From: Octopus sinensis
Taxonomy: Eukaryota
Assembly (NCBI RefSeq): GCF_006345805.1
Contig: NW_021832581.1
Span: 1-59,723, forward strand
DNA length: 59,723 bases
Reading direction: 5' to 3'
Shown here piece by piece: positions 14,645 to 28,109 of this stretch. How positions within the stretch are numbered: position 1 is the stretch's first letter; each line of letters begins with the position of its first letter. The notes below the pieces were generated by a model that was not told where the DNA came from, ran no database searches, and saw only the letters and a program-made list of their open reading frames with translations. A program made the translations under genes and the position numbers.

Positions 14645-16134
14645 TAACAATTATACTCATGCAATTATCTCATTTAATTAACACTTGATGACAGTTTCTC
14701 TTCATTGTCTTCTTTTCTTATAACTGTGCCAATCTATGGCATGGCACAGTCCTCTCATCTCTAGAATTCACTAATCAACATTCCTCTCTAATTAAGTAAA
14801 ACTGAGGCCCATAAGACATGTCCTTTATGTGCATACCCTCCACCCCGCACACAATCTGTCCCCTAAAAATCATCTCCACAAGCCAAATTCCATACACCCT
14901 TCCCCAACATGATCCCTAACAAGATATAAAATGTAAGGTGAGGGTACACGATGTTGCTACGACAAAATAAGTTTACATTTCAGACATATAAATGTAAGAG
15001 AGTTAATGAATTATAGCTTATTAATTATCATGATAATTGGGTATATATGTGATACAATGGCACTGTGCTTGACGGTGCAATACTAGATATCAATATAGAT
15101 TGTATATAATCTGAGTAAAGAACATATAACCTTCATTACTATAAATATGATTGTGTCTCAGCACAGCTAATATTATGGTAGTTCCATGAGCAAACGAAGA
15201 AAGATATAACCAAGTCCACTGCCAAATACTAATGATTAATTAATTTCCTGTTCAAATAACAATGACTATCTTTCATTAAATAATTTGAACGCAACGATGT
15301 CAGTGTGCACACAAGGCAGAGTGAAGAGGCCTGAGAGAAGTGTTAGACATAAGAAGCATCAGATGTAGTGTGCAAGAGAGACAACTGCACTGGTATGGTC
15401 ATGTGTATGGATGAGGAGAGCTGTGGGAAGAAGTGTTACACCCTAACAGTGGAACGAACCCGTGGAAAGGAGTGGCCCAGGAAGACAGGGGATGACGTAG
15501 TGAAACGACCTTCGAATGTTGGATCTCACAGAGGTAATGGCAAGAGACAGAGACCTCTGGAAATATGATGTGATTAAGAGGATCCGGCAGATGAAGTGAG
15601 ATCACAGCTATAGCCTATACCAGTGTCGCATAACAAGCCCTTTTAAAAGTACCCTTGAATCACAGAGTGATAAGTTGCGCTTGAGAAGAATTTCTGAGTC
15701 AAGTAAAACCAAAAACCAGAAATCACAAATCAAAATCAAATCAAGATCGAAATCAAAATGCAAATTGTAATTATGGCCGATGCCAGTGCCGCCTGGCTGG
15801 CACCCGTGCCGGTGGCACGTAATAAGTACCATTCAAACATTGTTTGTTGCCAGTGCCGCCCGACTGGTTCCCTGTGCCGTTGGCACGTAAAAAGCACCTT
15901 CCGAACGTGGTCGATGCCAGCCCCAACTTCAACTGGCTTCTGTGTCGGTGGCACGTAAAAAGCACCCACCACACTCTCGAAGCGGTTGGCCTTAGGAATG
16001 GCATACATATGTGGAAACCTTGCCAGATCACATTGGACCTGACGCAGCCTACTGCCTTCCAGTGAAATCGTCCGACCCATGCTACTATAAAAACGGATGT
16101 TAAACGATGATATGAGGATATATGATAAGATGAG

Positions 16135-16166
<32 letters not shown>

Positions 16167-19100
16167 GTGACCAAATGACAAAATTAACTCTATTGTGTCT
16201 TCTAATTTGAACATTATTACCAACAGCATTAACCTCAATGGTATTTCATAAACTCACAGTAAATCGATATCTTAATTCAATTATTATACAGATAACGTTC
16301 AATTGGAAAATAGGAATGGAAGCTGTTTTCAGTTATTCTTTCAAGCACAATATACTCGGGAAGAAAACCTTACAGAAATCAATTGGGAACTATTATTTTA
16401 TACTCACCAATTGCCTGAGATGTAGCCCCTAATTCCTGACATGTAGCCTCTGTTTGTACACACCTGTCCTCACACTTTGGAGCCCCTGAAATAAATATTT
16501 CCAAGTTTTACATTTAAAAATAAACTTTCTTCATCTTTATTTTTATTAAACTCTATCTTGTTATTGTGAGACATTCAATTTCTGTTGTTAATGGTCAAAT
16601 GTTGACCATTATGGTTTTGGTCAATATTTCTGTACTTTCTACAGTGGTCCCATGTAATAGCCCAATATGTCCACAATAAAACAGACTAACATTCCTAAAT
16701 CCACCCTCTCTCTCTCTCTAAGAACACATTAAATATTCTAACAATGTTGCAATTATCTCATTTAATTAACACTTGATGACAGTTTTCTCTTAGCTTTGTC
16801 TTTCTCTTCTTATAACTGTGCCAAATCTATGGCATGGCACAGTCCGTCTCATCTCTAGAATTCACTAATCACATTCCTCTCTAATAGTAAAACTGCGCCC
16901 ATAAAGACATGTCCTTTATGTGCACCCCCCACCCCGCACACAATCTGTCCCCTAAAAATCATCTCCACAACCAAATTCCATACACCCTTCCAACATGATC
17001 CCTAAATCCTAACAAGGTGTAAAATGTTAGGTGAGGGTACACAAGGTCCTATGACAAAATATGTTTACATTTCATACATACAAATGTAAGAGAGTTAATG
17101 AATTATAGCTTATTAATTATCATGATAATTGGGTATATATGTGATACAATGGCACTGTGCTTGACGGTGCAATACTAGATATCAATATAGATTGTATATA
17201 ATCTGAGTAAAGAACATATAACCTTCATTACTATGAATATGATTGTGTCTCAGCACAGCTAATATTATGGTAGTTCCATGAGCAAACGAAGAAAGATATA
17301 ACCAAGTCCACTGCCAAATACTAATGACTAATTCATTTCCCGGTCAAATAACAATGACTATATTCTATTAAATAATTTGAACGCAACGATGTCAGTGTGT
17401 ACACAAGGCAGAGTGAAGAGGCCTGAGAGAAGTGTTAGACATAAGAAGCATCAGATGTGGTGTACAAGAGAGACAACTGCACTGGTATGGTCATGTGTAT
17501 GGATGAGGAGAGCTGTGGGAAGAAGTGTTACACCCTAACAGTGGAACGAACCCGTGGAAAGGGGTGGCCCAGGAAGACAGGGCATGACGTGGTGAAACGA
17601 CCTTCGAACGTTGGGCCTCACAGAGGTAATGGCAAGAGACAGAGACCTCTGGAAATATGACGTGATTAAGAGGACTCGGCAAGTGAAGTGAGATCACAGC
17701 TGTAGCCTATACCAGTGGCGCATAACCAGCCCTTTTTAAAAGTACCCTTGAATCACAGAGTGATAAGTTGCGCTTGAGAAGAATTTCCGAGTCAAGTAAA
17801 ACCAAAAACCAGAAATCACAAATCAAAATCAAATCAAGATCGAAATCAAAATGGAAATTGTAGTTGTGACCGATGCCAGTGCCGCCTGGCTGGCACCTGT
17901 TCCTGTGTCACGTAATAAGTACCATAGAAGCATAGGTCCTTGTCACTGACGCCTGACTAGTTCCCTGTGCCGTTGGCACGTAAGAAACACCATCCGAACG
18001 TGGTTGATGCCAGCCCCCACCCTGACTGGCTCCTGTGTCGGTGGCACGTAAAAAGCACCCACCACACTCTCGGAGTGGTTGGCGTTAGGAATGGCATACA
18101 TATGTGAAAACCTTGCCAGATCACATTGCAGCCTGACGCAGCCTACTGCCTTGCCAGTGAAATCGTCCGACCCATGCTACTATAAAAACGGACGTTAAAC
18201 GATGATGATGATGATGAGTTCTTGACCAAATGACAAAATTAACTCTATTGTGTCTTCTAATTTGAACATTATTACCAACAGCATTAACCTCAATGGGTAT
18301 TTCATAAACTCTCAGTAAATCGATATCTTTAATTCAATTATTATACAGATAATCGTTCAATTGGAAAATAGGAATGGAAGCTGGTTTCAGTTATTCTTTC
18401 GAGCACAATATACTCGGGGGAAGAAAACCTTACAGAAATCAATTGGGAACTATTATTTTATACTCACCAATTGCCTGAGATGCAGCCCCTAATTCCTGAC
18501 ATATAGCCTCTGTTTGTACACACCTGTCTTCAAACTTTGGAGCCTCTGAAATAAATATTTCCAAGTTTTACATTTAATAATAAAATTTCTTTATCTTTAT
18601 TTTTATTAAACTCTATCTTTTTATTGTGAGACATTCAATTCCTGTCGTTAATGGTCAAATGTTGACCATTATGGTTTTGGTCAATATTTCTGTACTTTCT
18701 ACAGTGGTCCCATGTAATAGCTCAATATGTCCACAATAAAACAGACTAACATTCCTAAATCCACCCTCTCCCTCTCTCTCTCTCTCTCTCTCTCTGTCTC
18801 TAAAAACACATTAAATATTCTAACAATGTTGCAATTATCTCATTTAATTAACACTTGATAACAGTTTTCTCTTAGCATTGTCTTTCTTTTCTTATAACTG
18901 TGCCAAATTTATGGCATGGCACAGTCCTCTCATATCTAGAATTCACTAATCAACATTCCTCTCTAATTAAGTAAAACTGCGCCCATAAAGACATGTCCTT
19001 TATGTGCATACCCTCCAACCCGCACACAATCTGTCCCCTAAAAAGCATCTCCACAAGCCAAATTCCATACACCCTTCCCCAACATGATCCCTAACAAGAT

Positions 19101-22100
19101 ATAAAATGTAAGGTGAGGGTACACGATGTTCCTATGACAAAATAAGTTTACATTTCAGACATACAAATGTAAGAGAGTTAATGAATTATAGCTTATTAAT
19201 TATCATGATAATTGGGTATATATGTGATACAATGGCACTGTGCTTGACGGTGCAATACTAGATATCAATATAGATTGTATATATCTGAGTAAAGAACATA
19301 TAGCTTCATTACAATTATATATATGAATATGATGGTCTCAGCACAGCTAATATTATGGTAGTTCCATGAGCAAACGAAGAAAGATATAACCAAGTCCACT
19401 GCCAAATACTAATGATTAATTCATTTCCTGGTCAAATAACAATGACTAACTTCATTAAATAATTTGAATGCAACAATCAAGACCAAAGGGTGAAACACTC
19501 AGAAAACTGTGCCTCTTTTAGCATTAATATCATCTAAAATCTAACAAGAGTGAGAAAAAGAATGACTATATGGATGGTAAATGTTGTTCAAACAATTAAT
19601 GTAATAATGTATATTATATATAATTACAAGAAGGATTTGTGTATTCAAGTCAAATTCAATTTCTGATTGTATATTTTGTATAAACACCAATAATTTGTTT
19701 AAATATAAACAGATATTCACGGTTCAATACTAAATTTAACATTTAATAAAATTAAGTTCATGATGAATATTCTTATACAGAGTTAACATTTAATTAGAAT
19801 TTTCTAATTTGCAACTACAAAATGTATTCTAACCAGAGACATTCAGGGTACACAACCCCAGAAAATACAACATATTACGACAGACATCTGGCTACATAAC
19901 AACATCAAGAATAACCTATCAGAAAACTTACGAAAAATCTTAGTAGAAAAACAAACAACTATCTTATTAACCTAGGTTTTACACCTAAAAAATAACATTA
20001 TGTTCCCTCTTCCAGAAGACAATATAACTCTATTGTGGCTTTTAATTTATCCATTTACCAAACATGTTAACCATGACTTTATGAAATTTCATATTTTTAA
20101 TACAATTACTTTAGAGCTAACCTTTCAAATGGAAATTAGAAATGGGATTTGTTCTCCACCATTCTAATACGCAAAATAGCTGAGGTGGATGTACAATCTA
20201 TAGAAATTAATTAAGTTCTCTAATTTTAAACTCATCAACTGTCTCTGCCACAGTCTGCACTCCCTTCTCTTCAAACTTTGGACTCTCTGAAATATGTGAC
20301 TCCAAGTTTTATATTTATTTATAGCACAATCCCTTTATATTTATTAATAATCTATATTTTATTATTGAGAGACATTCATACCGTCAATGGCCAACCGGCG
20401 ATCATAATGCTTTTGGTCAATATTTTTATACTTTCAACAGTGGACCCATGTAATAGCCAATATTTAGCTCCAAAACGAACTCTAGTTGATCTTTGTAAAT
20501 TTCCTCTCTCTGTTAAGATATCCTACATAATCTAACAATGCTGTAATTATATCATTTAATTATCACCTAATAACAGTTTATCTGTAGGCTTTGGTTTCCT
20601 TGCTTATATCTATGCCAAATCTATTGCATTTTCAAAACCCTGATCTTCACTAACAACCTGTTTGATTCCAGTGTCAACAAATTTATTCATCAAAGATATA
20701 ACAACAAACACATGTCACAACCACTTCAAGTAGGTAAAACATACACCTAATCTCTTTGTTAAACATTGTTGCTGATAATCCCTAATTTTAACTTCACAGT
20801 TCACCAGAATGCCATCTTATTCAGGAAATATTTGAAGGTTTCATGATCTGGTTGGAATGTGACACTCAAGTCAGAACCAAAACCTAAATTTGAGAGACGG
20901 ACAAAACAGTGTCTCTGTTAGCCTTGATATCACCCAAAGACCAACACAGCAACATGGAGTTGCGTGTTGAAGTCTCAAACACAGGTGACACATACATTTT
21001 ACTCCTTTAAAATATTCTACTAATTTTAATACTTTACCAAAGATGACACTGATGTCCTTGTAAGTACTGTTGTATTTACTTATCTTCTAATAACTCATAA
21101 TTAATTATAGAGTTGATGGAGATTTATTGATACTTCAGTTACTCACTAATTATCTTGCAGAATCCTCCATTATTTTTATGTTGCAGACTACAACCCTCTT
21201 GAAGTGTGACATGTTTCCTACTTGGATAAGGTCAATGTTTAGTGGATGTAGTGTGAGAGATATACTATTACAGAGAACAGACACTAGGAACACCTTTTAT
21301 CATAAATCTGCCAGATTATGGCAGACCTCTGTCTACATAACAACATGAAGTATATTATTCTACACAATAAGGGCAATGGGACAAGCAGGACAAACAGACA
21401 GATCAGCAAAGATTTTCTTACCAACTCGACCTCTGCTTGTTACAGGTTTTAAACACTTCAGACATTGTTGAAGTGGAACGTTTGAACATCCCTTACATAT
21501 TACAAGGTGTCCACATGGATGGACTTTTGTTGTGGCCGCTTTATTTCTGCACCACAAACATCTGTGGACAAAACAGAAACATCCAATCAATAACATTCAT
21601 TTATAACAAATATTACATTATTTACATGTTCGGAATAGAGAATATTATAAGATACATCAGTAACTACCAAGAGTACAGCAGAAAATCTTCTTTAAACATT
21701 ACATACATACAGATATTTGTGTAGTTAAATGGCATGCTCACACACCACACACATACATACATACACACACATGCATACATACATTGATAAATGTTTGTCT
21801 TGACCCTGACACATCATAGAAATTTGGTTGACACACAGTGAACTACATATATTCCAGAAATATATTTCACTTCTAACATCGAACTCATTTCTTCTGAAGA
21901 AATATATCTACACAGGTTTCTTTATATACACATACTGTATTGTATACATCCCGTCAACACAGATTAGCAGATGAGGTTTCCAGCACTGCAGAGTGGCAGA
22001 AATTACCCGAAACTAGTACTGGTCAGCTAGACACATCCCTAGAAGATGGTAGGGGTTCGCTCCCTGCTGCTCAATTTATCGGATGCAGTTCCGCATTGTT

Positions 22101-25100
22101 AACCAACTGGAGGAGTTGTTCTCTTGGGGTTCAAAATTCGCAGTGGAGTCCATTGGAACAGATAGTCACGCTGGCGTGGCCTACGAGTATTACTTATATA
22201 TATACATATACATATACATATACAGAGAGAGAGAGTGAGAGAGAGAATTCACGAAAAGAAAAAACAAGACGAAGACAAGTAGTGTAGACAACAAACATAT
22301 GTATAAGTTTAACGCTCGGGAAGTGAAAAAGTCTTTAAAGTTTCGAGCCTACACTCTTCAACAGGAAGGAATACAGAAGGAAACAAGGAGAGAAAATAAA
22401 GAATGTGTAGTGGCTAGCGATCTATCATATATGTATATATATATACATATTCAATTCAATTCAATATTTTTTTTCAATTCATTTTTTTATTGGCTCAAAA
22501 AGCGAAAGCAAGGTTATGTAGGAGGACAGGGAGTTATGTACAGAGAGGGTGGTCATACAAAGAGTTCAGACCATTTCTGGTCAAGGGAGACTTTGAACCG
22601 AGCGGTCGTCGACATCTTCACTATGTCGTCCGGCAGCTTATTCCACGGACCCGCAACCCGGACGGAGAAAGCCCCTCTCCTTCGATTGAGATGAAATTGT
22701 CATAGATAGAGCTTTTCGGAATGACCCCGCAGCCGACGCTCTGGAGCAGGAGTAAAGAACAGCTCTTTCGAGAGGTTACACTTTCTGCTTATGATGTTGT
22801 GAGCAAGAATGAGATCACCACGGCGTCGTCGTTTTTCTAGAGAATAAAGGTCGAGCGTCTTCAGCCTTTCTTCATAAGACAAATGCTTAAGACCAAGAAC
22901 CATGCGGGTAGCCAGCTTCTGGACTCTTTCGAGATTATGTATGTCTTTGAGGAGATAAGGAGAAGAGGCTTGAATCCCGTACTCCAATATGGGTCTCACC
23001 GGCGTGACATAGAGTGGTAGGAATATGGCTGCTGTGAGCATTCCGAATGACTGTCGAATCAAGAACAGAACTCCGCGTGCTTTGGTGGCAGCATGGCCGC
23101 ACTGGGCCGAAGGCGAAAAGGAGGAATCTACCAAGATACCCAGGTCCTTTACCTGATCGGTCCTCTCCAGCAGCAGACGACCCGGCTCGAAATCAAGTTG
23201 AGTTGCAGGAGGAGAGCCAACAGGCAGATGACAGCACTTTGACACATTCAGACACAGGTCCCGTTTGTTTGACCACCTCCGAACTTGGTGGAGGCATCGA
23301 CGAAGATCCTCTATATCACTGCGAGGAGCAACCAGTTTGACATCGTCGGCAAATAGAAGGGTGTGTTGCGTGAGGTCGTCGGGCAAGTCATTTATGAAGA
23401 CTAAAAACAATAACGGCCCAAGCACTGAACCTTGAGGCACGCCACTGCTCGCACTGGAGATGTCGGACCGCGAACCATTAACTTGGACTTGGAAGGAGCG
23501 ATCTGAGAGGAAGGCACCAACCCATCGTACAATATCCGGATGGAAACTATATGCTTGAAGCTTGACAAGTAATAGGCGGTGGTTAACCGAGTCAAAAGCA
23601 TTGGCAAAGTCCAATAAAACGATGTCAACAGCATCACCATCATCCAGGATACGCGCCACCAATTCTTCCATTACCAGTAAGCTGGTCAAGCATGATCTCT
23701 TCAGCACGAAGCCGTGTTGGGAATCAGAGATAGAGGCTGTGTTTTGGAGGTGGAGCAACATACTTTTCTTAAGGATGGTTTCGAACATCTTGCTGAATAT
23801 TGAAGTAAGGGAAACCGGTTGGTAGTTAAGTGGGTCTTTGCGGCACCCTTTCTTGAAAATAGGGCAGATTATCGCTGTTCTCTAGTCCGCAGGTACAACA
23901 CCCGTCGCTAATGACATATTGAATAGAAGTGTTAAAGGTTGGCAGATGACCGGATCCAACGCTTTGATAACCTGTGGGTGTATGCCATCAGGGCCGTGAC
24001 CCTTGTTGATATCGAGGCCTTGAATAACGCGTTCGACTTCGTCCCGAGTGATGACCAATCTAGGCATTGGAGGTACCGATCTATCAAATGGAGGGGGTTC
24101 ACGACCATCATCTTGTTTGAAAATTGTCGAAAAAGCCTCGGCAAATAACTAACTCTGCTGATAAGGGTCCTCAATCGATACACTTGTTGATTATGTGTCA
24201 CGATGTGTCACGATGCTTCCCCTTTATTGATGGCGTCGTATATTTGTTCCTTAAACGTGACATCTTCTTTTCTACTACATTAAATTTTTCTCCTCTTCTA
24301 ATTTGGCTGACTACAAAACTATGGAAAATTGCCACTGTCATTTCCTTATCCAAGAAGGGTATAAAAAGGTGACCCCTTAATAACTACCAATTATTGTCCA
24401 ATCATTTTCATTAGCTGCCTCATCAAATTTATGGTGTTCTGTGACAGAGAGAGATACTTTGAAGAATCTGGAATTCACATAACCTTATTCCATCCTCACA
24501 ATTTGGATTTTTCCCTAATTCTAGCTGCTGTAACCAACTCACAGAATTTCTTCAAGACAATCACCTAAATAACATATTGTGGCTGTTGGGTAGATGTTGT
24601 TTACCTCGACTTCAGCAAAGCCTTTAATTCTCTGCCACACAAACGAATTATGTTGAAGCTGTCTGATTTTTGGGTGAGGTTTAATTTACATAAATCTCTG
24701 ATGTCGTTCATTCTTGCTTAATAAGAAGTAGTCACAGCGTAAAGATACTATAGAATCACACCTGAAGATTGGTAGGATCTGTTTTAGTCCATTGTTGTTT
24801 CTGGAAATGTATTAATTTTATTTGATGCCAAACTGAAGCAGGTTACTCTACGCTACAGATCATTGCTTCAGCCTCATCTGGACATTTTGCAGCAAGGTGC
24901 TGTCTAAATTAAGCTAGTTGTAGATAGGTGCACCACTATACATTATGGAAGGTAAACCCAGAACTGGACCTCGGGATTAATGTCAAGAAGGACATTTGAC
25001 GGATGATTCACATTCCTAAAGTCATCAAAAAGATCGAAAGTATCTTAGCATCTCTCTGAAAACGCTTTGTCTTGCACTTTGTCAAGTTGTCTGTTTAAAG

Positions 25101-26004
25101 TTACGTATGGGAAATGGTATGTCCAAACTTACGGTATTCACCTCCAATCTGGAACCCCATCCTGTCTAGAATATTACGTACAACTAGGCAAATACACTCT
25201 GTCACTCACCATATCTTGAATGTATTGTTTCTCTCGGTATCATCTGAGTACATTAAAATTTGGATGTCTAACAGCTGACTCAGTGGAATCCCACAAGAAT
25301 ATCCACCATCTTCCCAACGACAACTTTGGTAATCGTTTTGAAAGCAATTTCTCTAACACCAGCAGACATGCTTATAACAAAGAGAAAAGCAGTGCAGCAC
25401 CCATGACTTTCAGAAATATTTTTCGCTGTTCAGAATTTTTGAAGCATGAAATAAACTGATATCTCTTGTTAGATATCAGGACACTGCATTCTTCAAAACT
25501 TCCATATTTCCTGAAATTCCCTAACACTCTTCCTGATGTACCTATGTCTTCTTTCTTTGATATAACTCTTTTACTGTTTCCCTCCTTTCGGGTTGTTTTA
25601 TTATATGTATCGTGCATCTACTTCTAGCTTCCATTGCTGCCTTTCTTTGACTAATTGCAGTTTTCTGTCCCCTATTTTGCCCCTTTCCAGTAACTTCAGC
25701 TGCGCTCTATAGACATTATATTATTATTACAACATTCACATAAACGATCATTTGTAAAAGTAGAGAAAATCTTCTGAGGCTTGTCAATTGAAGAAAACAG
25801 ATCTATATTTATACAGTCCAAAAATCAATATCTCTGAACAATAGGCGCAGGAGTAGATGTGTGGTAAGTAGCTTGCTTACCAACCACATGGTTCTGGGTT
25901 CAGTCCCACTGCGTGGCACTTTCGGCAAGTGACTTCTACTATAGCTTCGGACTGACCAATGCTTTTTGAGTGGATTTGGTAGAGGGAAACTGAAAGAAGC
26001 CCAT

Positions 26005-26053
<49 letters not shown>

Positions 26054-28076
26054 TTGTGTGTATATTTGTCTGTCTGTGTTTGTCCCTCCACCATCGCTTC
26101 ACAACCAATGTTGGTGTGTTTACGTTCCCGTAATCTAGCGTTTCGGCAAATAAGTACTAGGCTTACACAGAATAAGTTCTGGGGTCGATTTTTTCGACTA
26201 AAGGCAGTGCTCCAGCATGGCCGCAGTCAAATGACTGAAACAAGTAAAAGAGTGATATTTAAATTTCAACAGACAAAGAAAGTTTTGTATATTCACTGAG
26301 GGGGAAATGTGTCTGCTTCTTAAGTAGCTAATACAGAGAGATGTATGGCAAAGAAATTGCCAAATCTTATAAAATACGGGAGTGAAAGGCGACTAAAACA
26401 CCTAGTAATGGTATATGTGTTACTTGAATTATTTACGTTTCCTGGCAGGTTTTTTTTTCTATGAAGATATGTGGCAATATTCCATCAGTATTTGCAGAAA
26501 TATAATATATACACAGTTGGTGTGTGTTTGTAGGTTATTTTTCTATGAAATCATTCTTAATATTGACTGATTCGGACATAGAAGAGTGAGAAAAAGATGT
26601 TGGTAGACAGATAAATTCCACTTAATTCTAAGTAACAGTCTCAAAATGGAATTCATTCACTTCATTATTTAGATCTATATTTTCCTATTGATCACAAATC
26701 TTTAAAATAGGGAACGAAGAGGGGTAGGTTGGGGTGGACAGTGAAGTATAACTGGCAACACTACGAATCATGTGAATGTAATCAAAATCGTGTTCTTTCT
26801 TTGATCTCCTGACAACTGCATATTGTTTATTGTGTGGCCTTTGACAAAAACACTAGCGACAGTATAATGTATGGTAGAATTAAAACGAAATAAACATATA
26901 AACATGATTATATACAAAATAGAAAATGTACTGGTTTATCTGTTCCATTGCCAGGAAATACTTACTGTGGTGGTAAAACGCTTCTAATTTTCTTCTCAAA
27001 TTTGGGTCCTTAATGAGGTCCAATGGTGTGTTATTTTGTTGTTTTTATGGTGAAAGTCCGCTCCCTGGCTGGCGAGATATCCCGAAACTACTACCCAGAG
27101 AGCATTTCATCCTCTTCAGGTTAAGGGAGTGCAGCACTACAAATGATGAAATATAAAATGATGACAATATTACACAAATATTCAAAACAAATGCCCCTAA
27201 TTACACAAAAGTTCATCTAAATTTACTATAGGTTGTTTATCCACCAATTAAAGCAATTACAAAGTATTGAGTTCCTACATAATCTTTAATTGAGTCCATT
27301 TCCATTTTCATGTTTTTACTTTATTTTCAACACTGAGACACCCTCTAATATATTGTCATTACATTGAGCAGGACAAACCGTATTGATTAACATCAAGCTT
27401 ATTGTTAATTAATGAGTAATATTTACTTGTCAATCATATCACAATATATTCAATAGAAAAATCAAATATAGGAAGAACAAACCAACAAGAACCTATCTAT
27501 ATAATTGGCTTGATAAAGGCGAGCATGTGGCCATAAGAAAGAGTATTGTATATATAAATATAACACAACATGAGAAGAAAGAACATAAGTTATATCAGAA
27601 ACAAAAACACCTATAACATAACAAAGTCAATACCACACAGACATAACCAAACATATCAATAATGTTTCCATAATTAAGCAAGAAGCATCTTTGAATGATG
27701 ACGGTAAAGTAAAGGAAGCAGGAATTAGTGTCAAGTCAGAAGAGTAATGGAGGAGTATTTTTAATCACGGACAAGTGAATTTTGGAAGAGGCGACTTGCA
27801 AGTCTACCAGATAGATGGAAGAGCATTGTAGAAAATGAAGGAGAATATGTTTTAGATTAACAGAAAAAAGTACTTTGTTTATCTTAATTTTGAAAAATAT
27901 AAGAATTATAAAAAACTGCTTCATTTATGAGATGACAGCAAAAAGTCCAGTAGTATTGAAGTCCATACTGTTGATGACATCAGATAGCCGAATACAGTAA
28001 ACGGGCTTTAAACAGCATTTTACAAGATATATACTCAAACTGAAAATCATTACTTGTGTGTGTTTGTGTGTGTGAG

Positions 28077-28109
<33 letters not shown>

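Larger units (their letters stand above)
10285..20900. repeat. Young tandem array of ~2.1-2.5 kb intron+exon units
   Basis: Marker catgtcctttatgtgca recurs at about 10286, 12366, 14817, 16908 and 18992; long near-identical stretches are shared between units. Confidence 0.95.

Noticed and set aside
10285-20900. CRISPR-like or prokaryotic repeat array interpretation
   Set aside because: Units are kilobase-long eukaryotic intron/exon duplications with no short repeat-spacer structure or cas genes.
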